DNA from: the human T2T-CHM13v2.0 reference genome, Homo sapiens
Assembly: GCF_009914755.1 (NCBI RefSeq)
Contig: NC_060929.1
Length of the DNA: 64,000 bases
Strand: one strand, 5' to 3'
Part shown: one piece after another, positions 13,714 through 27,368 of the stretch
Layout of the letters: every line of letters starts with the position of its first letter
How positions within the stretch are numbered: position 1 is the stretch's first letter
Position numbers and translations under genes: made by a program
The notes under the pieces: model-generated
What the model saw: the letters and a program-made list of their open reading frames with translations, nothing else
What the model was told of the DNA's origin: nothing
Databases searched by the model: none

Positions 13714-14013
13714 GGCTGGACATGGTGGCTCATGCCTGTAATTCCAGCATTTTGGGAGGTCAAGGCAAGCCGATCACGAGGTCAAGAGATCAAGATCATT
13801 CTGTTCAGCATGGTGAAACCCCATCTCTAAAAATACAAAAATTACCTGGGTGTGAGATGCTGCATGCCTGTAGTCCCTGCTACTCAGGAGGCTGAGGCAG
13901 GAGAATAACTTGAACCCCAGGAGGTGGAGGTTACAGTGAGCTGAGAGTGTACCACTGCACTCCAGCCTGGCAACAAAGCAAGGCTCTGTCTCAGAAAAAA
14001 AAAAAGAAAAAAA
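13714..14013 (+). mobile_element. AluSc inside L1 ORF1
   Basis: GGTCAAGAGATC and CCTGGC-AAC diagnostics; 15-bp TSD AGAAAACCTATTTAA at 13699-13713 and 14014-14028. Confidence 0.93.
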
Positions 14014-17000
14014 AGAAAACCTATTTAATAAAATGATAGATGAAAGCTTCCCAAGTTTGCAAAAGATTTAGAAATTCAGATAGAGGAGTCTCAGCAATCT
14101 TCAGGAATATGCAGTGCAAAGGCCTTCTCCATGACACATGATAGTCACACTGCCTAAAGCCAAAGATAAATAGTGTATCCTAACAAGGGCAAGAGAAAAA
14201 TGTCTAATCACCCATAATGAAAACCTATCAAACTAACAGTGAATTTTTCTGCAGAAACTTTATAGGCCAGAAAAGTATGAGAGGATATATTCAAAGTGCT
14301 GACATTAAAATCAAAACAAAAATCCCAGCTAGCAAAGAATACTAGATCCAGCAAAATTATCCTTCATAAACAAAGGAGAAATAAAGTCTTTCTGGACAAG
14401 CAAATGCAGAAGGAATTTGTTAACGCTAGACTGGCCCTACAAGAAATGCTCAAGGGAGTCCTAAACCTGGAAGTGAAAGGATGATATGTGCCATAATGAA
14501 AAAAATACAAAAGTATAAAACACACTGATAAAGTAATCACACAAAGGAGAAAAAGAAAGGACACTAATGGTACTACTACAGAAGTCTACCAAACCACAAT
14601 AACAATCAATAAGATAAAAATGAAAGGACCAAAAAATACATACTACAACTCCAAAACAATGAACAATATGATAGGAAAAAAGCCTAACATATCAATAATA
14701 AGCCTGAACATAAATGAATTAAATTATCCACTTAAAAGATATAGAATGGCATATGGATTAAAAAACGTGATCCAAACATGTGCTGCCTACAGGAAACTCA
14801 TCCTACCAGTAGAGGCATGTGTAGACCGAAAGTAAAGCAATGGAAAAAGTTACCCCATGTAAATACAAACAAAAAGTGAGCAAGAGTAGCTAAACTTAGA
14901 TCAGACAAAACAGACTGTAAGTTAAGGACATTAGAAAAAGACAAAGGAAGTCACTATATAATAATAAAAGAATCAATCTAGTAAGAGGATCTAATTCTAA
15001 ATATATATGCACCCAAAACTGCAGCATCCAGATTCATAAAGCAAATATTTTATCTAAAAAGAGAACTAAACTATGATACAGTAATAGCGGGGGATTCTAA
15101 CACCCCACTGTCAACATTAGAAAGATCATCTAGACAGAAAATAAACATAGAAATATGGGATTTAAACTGGACTTTAGACCAAATGTTCCTAACAAACATT
15201 TACAGAACATACTATATACATTCTTTTCATCAGGACATAAAATATTCTCCAGGATAGGCCATATATTTGGCCACAAAACAATTCTCAAAAAATTTTTAAA
15301 AAATCAAAATGATATCAAAAATTGTCTGAGACCACAATGGAATGGAACTAGAAATCAATACCAAGAGGAACTTTGGAAACTATAAAAATACATAGAATTT
15401 AAATAACATGATCCTGAATGACCTGGGTCAACAAAAAATATGTAAATTTAAAAAACTTAAAACAAATGAAAATTAAACACATACAAAAACCCATTGCATA
15501 CAGCAAGAGCAGTACTAAGAGGGAAGTTTATAGCAATAAATGCCTACATCAAAAAACAAAAAGACTACAAATTTACATCTAACAATGTGCCTTAAGGAGC
15601 TAGAAAACAAGAAAAAACCAAACCCAACATTAGCTAGGAAAAAGAAATAATACAAATCAGAGCAGCTGTAAATGAAATAGAAACTATAAAAATATAAAGG
15701 ATCAACAAAATAAAAAGGTGATTTTTCAGAAAGATACAACTGATAAGTTAGTAGCTACTAACTAGTCTAATCAGGAAAAAGATAAGAGAAGACCCAAATA
15801 AAGAATATGAGAAATGAAAAGGAGACATTAAAACAGATATCACAGAAATATAAAATATCACCAGACTATTATGATGAACTAGGATACTGACAAACTGAAA
15901 AACCTATAGGAAATGGATTCTTTCTTGGAGACATACCACTTACCAAGATTGAATCAGGAAGAAATGAGAAACTTGAACAGAGTAGTGAGAGTCAATAATG
16001 AGTAGTGAGATTCAATCACTAATAAAAAGTCTCCAAACAAAAAAAAAGTCCAGATGGGTTCATAGCCAAATACTACCAAACATGCAAAAAAGATGTAATG
16101 CTAAGCATCCAGAAACTATTCCAAAAATGAAAGAGGAGGAAATTCTCCCCAACTCATTCTATGAGACCAGCATCACCCTGAAACCAAAACCAGACAGTCA
16201 CAATAAAAAAAGAAAATTTCAGGCAATATCCCTGATGAATATAGATGTATAAATCCTTGAAAAATATTAGCAAACACAATCCAACAGCACATCAAAAAGA
16301 TAATTGCCTGAATAGCCAAAGTAATCCTGAGCAAAAAGAACAAGCTAGATACATTACATTACCCAGCTTAAAAATTTATTGAAAGTCTATAGTAACCAAA
16401 ATGGCATGGTACTGGTACAAAATAGATATATATACCAATGAAACAGAATAAAGGACCCAGAAATAAAGCCACATGCTTTACAGTAAATTGATCTTCAACA
16501 AAGCTGGCAAAAACTTTTAATAGGGAGGGGACAACCTCTTTAATAAATTGTGCTTGGAAAATTGGATAGCAACATCTAGAACAATAAAACTGGACCTGTC
16601 TCTTCCATCATATACAAAAATCAACTAAAAGTGGATTAAAGACTTAAACATAAGACATGAAACTACAAAAATTCTAGAAGAAAATTTAGGGAAAAGTCTT
16701 CTGATTGTTGGTCTTGGTAAATACTTTTTTCACAGACCTCACAAGCACAGGTTACAAAAACAAAAATAGACCAATAGGACAATTCAACTAAGCATCTGCA
16801 GAGCAAAGGAAATAATCAACAGAATTAAGAGATAACCTGTTGAATGGGAGAAAATATTTGCAAAGTGCTCATCTAATAGTGGACTGTTATCCAGAATACA
16901 CAAGGAGCTCAATCCAAAAGAAAAAAATACCACATAATACCATTAAAATGTGGACAGAGAATACAAATAGATATTTCTCAAAAGAAGACATAGAGGTGGT

Positions 17001-17482
17001 CAAAAGTTATATAAGAAATGCTAAACATCACTAATCATAGAAGAAAGGCAAATCAAAACCACAATGAAATATTCTACCCCAGTCAGGATGGCTATTATTA
17101 AAAAGACAAAAAATAACTCATGGTTTGGATACAAAGGAAAGGTAACTCTTACTCACTGTTTGGTGGGAATGTAAACTAGTACAGCTACAATGGAAAATAG
17201 TATGAAGATTTCTCAAAAATCTAAAAATAGAATTACCATTTGATCCAGCAACCCCACTACTTTGAGTCTACTCAAAGGAAAAGAAATTAATATATCAAAG
17301 GCATACTTGCACTACTTGCATGTTTATTGTAGCACTGTTCGCAAGAGCAAAGATATGAAATCAACCTAAGTGTCCATGAATGAATGAAGAAAATGTAGTA
17401 TATATATACACAATGGAATACTATTTAACCATAAAAATAATGAAATCATGTCATTTGCAGCAACATGGATGGAAATAGTGTC

Positions 17483-17578
17483 TGTATTAGTTTTTACACT
17501 GCTATAAAGAACCGCCCAAGACTGGGTAATTTACAAAAAAAAAAAAAAGATTTAATCGACCCACAGTTTTGCAAGGCC
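17483..17578 (-). mobile_element. THE1/MST LTR end fragment inside the L1
   Basis: TGTATTAGT...ACTGCTATAAAGAAC...AGACTGGGTAATTTA...TTTAATCGACCCACAGTT. Confidence 0.8.
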
Positions 17579-17951
17579 ATATCATTATCTTAAGTTAAAT
17601 AAGCCAGTTAAATAAGCCAGGCACAGAAATATATTTCACATTCTCACTCATATGTGGGAACTAAAAACTTTGATCACATGGAGGTAGTTACTGGAAAGAC
17701 TATAATAGAGACTGGGAAGGGTGAGTGGGGGGGAGGGAGAGAATGTAAAGAAGTGAGTTAAAGTTTATAGACACACAGTAAGCTAGAAGTAATAAATTCA
17801 ATGTTTGATAGCAGAGTAGGGTGACAATTCTTAACAAAAATGTATTGTACTCAGGTGCTAGATACCCTAAATGCCCTGACTTGATTATATACATGCAACA
17901 ATTTTTAGATTGTATAAATGGGAGAAAGTTCAAAAGCACTTCATGTATTTG

Positions 17952-18778
17952 AAAAAGCTTTTGCCCTATATATTCTCGTAGTAGTTTTACAATTTCTGGT
18001 TTTACATTTAGGTTTTTAATCCATTTTAAGTTGATTTTTGTATATGGTGTGAGATGAGGGTCTAATTTCATTATTTTGCATGTAATTATTCAGTTTTTCC
18101 AACATACTTTTTTGAAGAGACTTTTTCCCATTGTATATTCTTGGTGACTTGTTGAAGATCAATTGAACATATATGTTTAGATTTATTTCTGGACTCTCCA
18201 TTTTGTTCCACAGGTGTATGTGTGTGTGTATATATATATATATCTGTTTTGATGCTAGAACTGTACTGTTCAGATTACTACAGCTTTGTAGTATATTTTG
18301 AAATCAGGTAGTGTGATACCTCTAGTTGTGTTCTTCTTGCTCAAGATTGCTTTGGTTGTTTGGGGTCTTTTGTCATTCCATATTAATTTTAGATTTTCTT
18401 CTGTTTTTTTAAGAAATGTGATTGGAATTTTGATAGGAATTTCATGGTAAGTATCTTGTATCTTTGGGTAATATGGACATTTTAACAGTATTAATTCTGA
18501 TCCATGAACACAGGATACCTTTCCATTTATTTGTGTCTTCTTCAACTTCTTTTTATCAATGTTTACTAGTTTTCAGTATATAGATATTTCATCTCCTTGA
18601 TTAAATTTATTACTATGTGTTCCATTTATTTTGATTTTATTGTGAAAATGACTGCTTGCTTAATTTTTTGGTCACTTGGAATTCCAGTAATATACTAAAT
18701 AGAATTGGTAAGAACAGGTATTTTTTTTTTTTTTTTAATCTTAGAGAAAAAGCTTTCAGCTTGTCAACATTGAGTAGG
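17952..18778 (-). mobile_element. Antisense L1 ORF2 fragment, right half of the split element
   Basis: Minus-strand ORFs [18 protein letters not shown] and [15 protein letters not shown] are L1 ORF2 motifs. Confidence 0.88.
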
Positions 18779-18912
18779 ATAATCTTTTTAAGATACAGTG
18801 CTGGAACAACTGGACATCCACATGTGGAAAGATGAGTCTAGACACAGACCTTATGTCCTTTCCAAAAATTAACTCAAATTGAATCACAGACTTAAATGTA
18901 AAATGCGAAGTT

Positions 18913-19292
<380 letters not shown>

Positions 19293-19322
19293 TTAGAAGC
19301 TAATCTAAAAGAAGCTACACAC

Positions 19323-19631
<309 letters not shown>

Positions 19632-19895
19632 CTACATATTATATGATTCCAACTATATGGCATCCCGGAAAGGCAAAATTATGGAGATGGTAAAGAGATC
19701 AGTGATTGCTGGGGGCTGGGGAGAGGAAGAAATGAATACATGGAACACAGAGGGTTTCAGGGTCAGAAAAACTACTCCTTGTGTGATACTATAACGGTGG
19801 ATACATGTCATTATGTATTTATCCAAACCAATAGAATGTACAACACCAAGAGTGAACTCTATTGTAAACTATAGACATTGGGTTATATCGTTGTG

Positions 19896-20248
19896 TGCTA
19901 TGGTCTAAATGTTTATCCCCACCACCACTAAATTTATATGTTGAAATCCTAACCTTCAAGGTGATAGTGTTAGAAGATGGGACCTTTTCGAAGTGGAGCC
20001 CTCGTGATTGGGATTAACACCCTTATGACAGAGACCACAGAGGGCTGGCTAGTCCTTCTATACTGCCATGTGTGTACAGTAAAGAGATGATTGTCAATGA
20101 ACCAAGAAGCGGGCCCTCAGCAGACACTAAATCTGCTGACACCTTGATTTTGACTTCCCAGTTTCCAAAACTATAAGAAATAAATTTCTTTTTTAATAAG
20201 CTACACAGTTTATGGTATTTTGTTATAGCAGCCTGAAGAGAGTAAAAG
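19896..20248 (+). mobile_element. MLT1A-like solo MaLR LTR
   Basis: TGCTATGGTCTAAATG...ATGTTGAAATCCTAACC...AATAAATTTC...GGTATTTTGTTATAGCAGCC. Confidence 0.85.
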
Positions 20249-21014
20249 GATGTAGAAATATAGGTTCAGTAACCATAACAAAAGTACCACTCTGTGGAAG
20301 ATGTTAGTAATGTGAGAGGCTATGAATGAGGTGGCGAGGAGGTGGTATATGGGAAATGTCACTTTGTTCTGTTCAGTTTTGCTGTGAATCTAAAACTGTT
20401 CTAATAGATAAAGTTGAATACAATATTAAAACAACAACATGTTACTGTCTTTGTAACTATTCAATGACATTTAGGCAGGGCAGAGGCTATTGGACATTAT
20501 ATATATCCTTAAAGTCTCCCTTTATATATATACACACAGATATAAATATATAAGTATAGATAAAGATGAAGCCTAAAAACCTAGTTTAATTATGTTAAAT
20601 TTCATTAGGGAATATGTAATTTTACCTCTCGCTTTTATTATAATGGTCTTGACTTGAGCTGGCCATGCACATTTTCACCATGCTGAATTTAAAATTGGGC
20701 TACTTTATAGAGTTTTGAACAAAATGCTGATTCCCCTCAGACTCTTTACAACATTGCTCTGAATCATATGAATTGCCCTTAATCAATAAAGCAGCACTCA
20801 TTTGACTGGCCCTGTAATGTGTAACCTTCTATTTCCAAATATGGTAAACATAGAGAAGCCATCTATGTGAGAAGGTTTGAGTAGGCTTTACTCCCATTTA
20901 CCCTAGTATTGATTTCTATATATGGCAGGAAGGAGGAAAAGGGATGTTTTCATCCCTTCTCAGTTCCTATCCCTAAATTTTTATCTTACCAAGAACTCAA
21001 ATGCTGTTTCCTTC

Positions 21015-21315
21015 TTTTTTTTTTTTTTTTTTTTGATGGAGTTTCGCTCTTGTCATTCAGGCTGGAGCGTAATGGTGCAATCTTGGCTCACTGCAACCTC
21101 CAAATCCTGGGTTCAAGCAATTCTCCAGCCTCAGCCTCCTGAGTAGCTGGGATTACAGGCACCCACCACCACACCCAGCTAATTTTTGTTTTTTCAGTAC
21201 AGACGGGGTTTTGCCATGTTGGTCAGGTTGGCCTCGAACTCCTGACCTCAGGTGATTCACCCACCTCAGCTTCCCAAAGTGCTAGGATTATAGGTTTGAG
21301 CCACTGCAGCCAGCC
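21015..21315 (-). mobile_element. AluSq/Sp-like
   Basis: Poly-T, GTTTCGCTCTTGT; partial TSD CTGTTTC(C/T)TT. Confidence 0.92.
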
Positions 21316-21486
21316 AACTGTTTCTTTATGATTGAATGACAGCCATAACTAGGACAATTTACTTGGATGCTAACAGCTTGTGCAAAGATCTAGGAATGCA
21401 GATCTAGAAATATGAGGATTAGAGCCCTAATGACATGGGATAGGATGGACAGAGTCCAGAGCCAAACTTCTCCCAACTTAATGTAT

Positions 21487-22175
21487 GTTAGTACAATCAC
21501 TATGGAGAACAGTTTGGAGGTTCCTCAAAAAACTGAAAATTGAGCTAGCATATGATCAGGCAATCCCACTGCTGGGTATATATCCAAAGGAAAGGAAATT
21601 AGTATATTGAAAAGATACTTGCACTTCAATGTTTTCTGCAGCACTATTTATAATAGCTAAGCTTTGGAAGCAACCTAAGTGTCCATCAATAGATGGATGG
21701 ATAAAAAAATGTGGTACATATGCACTGGAGATCATTATGTTAAGTGAAATAAGCCAGACACAGAAAGGCAAACATCATATGTTCTCACTTATTTGTGGGA
21801 TCTAAAAATCATGAACTCACGGACATAGAGAGTAGAACGATGGTTACCAGGGGCTGGGAAAGGGGAGAGCTGGATGGGGCGGGGAGGTGGGAATAGCTAA
21901 TGGGTACAAAAAAATAGAATGAATGAGACCTACTATTTGATAGCACAATAGAGTGACTATAGTGAATAATAACTTAATTGCACATTTTAAAAAAGAGTGT
22001 AATTGGACTGTTTGTAACTCAAAGGATAAATGCTTGAAGGAATGAACACCTCATTCTACACTATGTGCTTATTTCACATTGCGTGCCCATTTCCAAATAT
22101 CTAATGTACCCCATAAATAATACCTAATATGTACCAACAGAAATTAAAATTATAGTAATAATAAAAAGAAAAAAA
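21487..22175 (+). mobile_element. 5'-truncated L1MA2/3-like 3' end
   Basis: CACTATGGAGAACAGTTTGGAGGTTCCTC...GACCTACTATTTGATAGCACAA...AAGGATAAATGCTTGA, then an A-rich tail. Confidence 0.85.
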
Positions 22176-24170
22176 AGACTCATAACTCCCAAAACACCCA
22201 GATATGTTTGAAATATCCAATAAAGAGATGGAAGGGGCAGATAAGCTCTTCAATAAACATCACAAAATGACTCCATTCATTCATAAAGCAACCACAATGA
22301 CAATCCAACTTCTGTAATTTGTTATATTTTCAAATCACAACTCAGGACCATTTTTCTTTCTTTCATGCTGTGATACAATACAGTGATTTTGTCCTCAAAC
22401 AATAAAATGTAAAGCTAGCTTTACCTACATTTAGATAAATGTACTGACATAATGACTTCTTAACTTGCTATTTATTTCACACTAACAATTTAATAACAAT
22501 GAAAGAGATATTTTTAATTAATATTAAATAAATACATAACCTTATAGACTATGTAAGGTTTTTATAGTTATTCTCATTTTTCCAGGAGCTGTTAACATTA
22601 AAAAGAAAATATAACAAAAGAAAACCCAGCCATTGAAGTCACAGGAACCTGGTTTTGAATTATGAATTTATCACTTTCCAACTCTTTCATATATGAAAAT
22701 TTGTCCTTCTTATGAACGTACATTTAAATAATCTGTATGATAAAGATAACATAATAATATTACAATATTGTGTTAAGAATTCAATACATTTCTAGAATGT
22801 TAACTTTTTTTTTCCTTTCTAGTCATCTCATAGAGGGCTCAACAATCTGATTTTTCCCTGAATAATTTACCAATTATTATTTTAAATTTGGAGAAAAATG
22901 TAAGTGTTTATATGTAGTCTTTATATTAAGGGGTAGTATTTTATCATTTACCATAAATTAATGAACTTATTTCCTTAAAAGGATATTGTAAATCCTGATA
23001 AACTTAAGCACACTTTCTTAAAATTGAGAAGTCATGAGGTAGAGAATATGCCCATGAAATTACCTAAGACTGTACGTCTGAAACCAGGATTGTCAATGAA
23101 ATTACATGTCTGGCTGAGAGTAATAGATGACTGGTGAGTGGTATTTCAGTTCTTTTCTGTATTCTACTGTTATCATAATGAACATTTGTTAGGTCTTTAC
23201 ACTTTATTTGGAATAAAATCAGCATGCTCATTCATGTCTCAGAAATTCTCTGTGGTGTCCCTTGGGGTGAAAGAGATAGAATTATGTGATATGTGTAAAC
23301 AGGGATTAATCTAATCTTAGGCAAATCCACACTTTTCAATGTGAGTGAGGTTTGCAGAGGATTATAAATATGATGAAGTTAGATACAGTTTGACATCTTG
23401 TTTTTTTCGAGCGTTAATTTTTTAAAAGCTTTTCAAAAATTACTTATTAATTTTTGGTATGCAAAATCACACAGAAAAAAATCACTTGAACAACATGTCA
23501 AGTTTACTTTGAGTTGAGTGTTAAAAATGTCTCTTACCTATTGGAATGGGAATTAGGTTTGATGTGATTCTAAAAGGCATCTCTATCTTCTTTGCAAAAT
23601 GGCAATTGTCTTGCCTAGAGACATATGTTGAAACAATCCACATAACTTGGGACATCTTGTTCATTTTGATTCTCAGCACTGTTCATCACTCGACTGCACA
23701 CCATTTATTTGGTGGCAGCCTATGAACTCTAAAGTAAATGAGTCTGGTTGCAGGGGTGGAGGGGGTAGAATAGAGGAGAGAAGGCTAACATACATCATGT
23801 GGCTGGAAATTATATAATAGGAAATTACAAGCCACCACACTGAGGTTTAAGCTTTAGCTATTTCTGTATAAAAAAATAGTTTGGGGAGATTGGACTTTAT
23901 CCAAAATCAATTTACAGCTATCAATTTAAAAAAAATCTTCACAGAGGGATATGGATTTGACACCTCTGTTAGAGCTAAACTTCTGAGACTATCAGGGATC
24001 AACACGTCAGTTTAATGAAGAATAAAAAAATCCAATCAATGCAACATCCAAGGTCAAGGTATGGGATGAAATAGAGTAAGTTGGGGTTTCCTTTCAGAAG
24101 GCTAATAGCAAAGTAGCGTTAACTCCTGGGATGTTGATAGGTATTAGAACCTGGATTATGTAAAAGAATA

Positions 24171-24530
<360 letters not shown>

Positions 24531-25974
24531 CTAGGGTAGAAGAGTAAAAACATTTGAAGTTATTAAAGTATTGACTGGTCAAAGAGTAGAGGGAAAGGCC
24601 ATAAAAGGTTATAGTTTCCCTAGAGCCATAAAATCAGAATAGAGAAATAGAGAAGCAACACTACATGTGCAGTATAAATGGATTCAGCTGTCCATGACTA
24701 TGACTGTGAGCTGTTGGTGATTAGAATCAAGACTATTCTATCACAGCTGGAGCCGTTAGAATGGTCTTGGGTGGGATTTAAAATGGGGGAAAAATTCTGC
24801 ATTTGAATCTCAAGTCTGTCTTTCAAATTACAGAAAGTCCTTAGAGGCTTACTACCCAAATAAAATTGTACAAACTAGAAAAGAAAACATGAGTTTAACT
24901 ACAGGTGTCCTAAAATGATTACACTCACTAAATCAATATTTAGGTGTAATTGTAAAAGAACAAATTGAACGGCTCTTGAATGGTACTGTAAGAGTCTAAA
25001 GCTCTAAACTGAAGAATGTGGTTTTGGAAAAAATTTCAGAAAATAGCATTTTTATGTGTTTGTAATTTTACAAAAGAAATGTAATAAAGCTATTTAGAGT
25101 ATGAATTCAGTAAGGAGTTAAACCTTTCATAATGAACCTAAAATCACTCTGGTTTCAGTAATTTAAAGATATTCTCTATATGGTTTATTAAAACACTTTC
25201 CTTAATTAGTCATTACTTAACCTTCACTATATCCTAAGTATCTCATTCTTTAGCTCTATAAAAACTGACATCATACCTATGTGGCTATTTTGGCTGTATT
25301 CTAAATGGATTTTTCCTTTCATTTTATAGGTATCCTAAATTTGGGACCATTATTCTCTTGATTTCATTACTTTAGCAGGTGCTATGCCCAGGTTTTGGCT
25401 ATCTAGCTTTGTTCAGGGCAGGTTTTCAGAAGCAGGAGGGAAAAAAGTAGTTTAATGCAGACCAGGCACCTGCTGTCAAATAAAATCAACATGGAATAAA
25501 TCATCCCTGCCTGGGAGGAAAAATTTTAACTTTCCCTTGGCTGTCTGCAGAGCATAGCACAGCACCTGAGACATCATTATTGGACTGCTTTTTTCAAAGG
25601 GCGCTATTGCCCTTTGATATCTAATGCCAAAACATTTATGCCATATCTGGGATTTGTAAGACTTACTTTGGATACTGGTTGGTGTGACAATGTTTGTGCT
25701 TATTTTATTATTATTTTCCTCTTACCCATCATTTCACATTTTTCACTAAGTTTAATGACACATTTTTAGCTACACAAATTACATGTATATCAAGATTTTA
25801 AAAAATAAGTAGTAATGTGTTTTGCTAAGATTTCATGAAAGTCACATGGTTCATAAAATGAGAAAACTGTATGAGCCAGTTGGCAAAAATATACTCATTT
25901 CAAAATGTATGGAAAATAACTTGTTCACAGAATAGATTCTTATCCCTTTTATTGAACCACTTAACATGTAGTGA

Positions 25975-26100
25975 TAATTATTCAATTTTTGAATGGGCAC
26001 CTACTATGTAAAACCCTTTTCCAGGCACAATGAGATTTAAGATGAAGAGTAAGAGTCTAACCCACCCCCTAGATATTTATAATACAATGTGATCAGGAAA
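25975..26100 (-). mobile_element. L2 3' fragment
   Basis: TTATTCAA...GGGCACCTACTATGT...CCAGGCAC...GATGAA pattern. Confidence 0.45.
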
Positions 26101-26158
26101 AATAATATACGCATATTCATATGTGAATTTTAAGACAAATAATGTAAAGGCTATGATC

Positions 26159-26344
26159 CAATGTTTCTCAAAGTTTGTTTCTCAAATTGCAGCATCAGCA
26201 TCACCTGGGAGCTTATTAAAAATGCATATTCTCAAGTTGCATCTCAAACCTACTGATTCAGAAAGTAGAGGATGGGGCCCAGAAATCTGTGTTCTAACAA
26301 GTCCTCAGGTGACTCCGACGCATGAATTAGTTTGAGAATTACTG
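26159..26344. mobile_element. MER5A hAT-Charlie MITE
   Basis: TIRs CAATGTTTCTCAA / TTGAGAATTACTG; CAGCATCACCTGGGAGCTT and GGGCCCAGAAATCTGTG core. Confidence 0.88.
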
Positions 26345-26411
26345 TGCAATGCAGTTATAAACAAGGTGTTCAGGAAGTAACACAGAGTTGTTTTCTTTTT
26401 ATTGAAAGGGA

Positions 26412-27098
<687 letters not shown>

Positions 27099-27129
27099 CA
27101 GACTTTCAAGGGAAATTAAGAAAGGAATG

Positions 27130-27310
27130 AATATCTATTGAATGCTCCTATGTGCCAGAGCAATTGTTTTATTATTATAGCAATCTATAAAGTTACTTTC
27201 AATTTACAGAAGAGAAAAGTATCACAGACTTTAATAAAATTGCCCAAGGTCACACACCTAACTCTTGATCAAGAAAGGAGCTGAAACTGTGTCTATTCAA
27301 AACTCAGTGA
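27130..27310 (-). mobile_element. MIR
   Basis: TTTACAGAAGAGAAAA...TTGCCCAAGGTCACACA core. Confidence 0.7.
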
Positions 27311-27368
27311 GAAGAGATACAAGAAGGATGGTTTTACTGAAATGTAGTTTCACCAGCCTCATAGGGAC

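Larger units (their letters stand above)
11686..17910 (+). mobile_element. Near full-length old L1 (L1MA/L1PB age) with the RT core deleted
   Basis: 5' start TTCAAGATGGGTGAC; ORF1 relics 13443-13640 and 14296-14484; endonuclease motifs (CTAAATATATATGCACCC, GGGGGATTCTAACACCCCACT); ORF2 C-terminal region; 3'UTR to about 17910; many stops. Confidence 0.9.
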
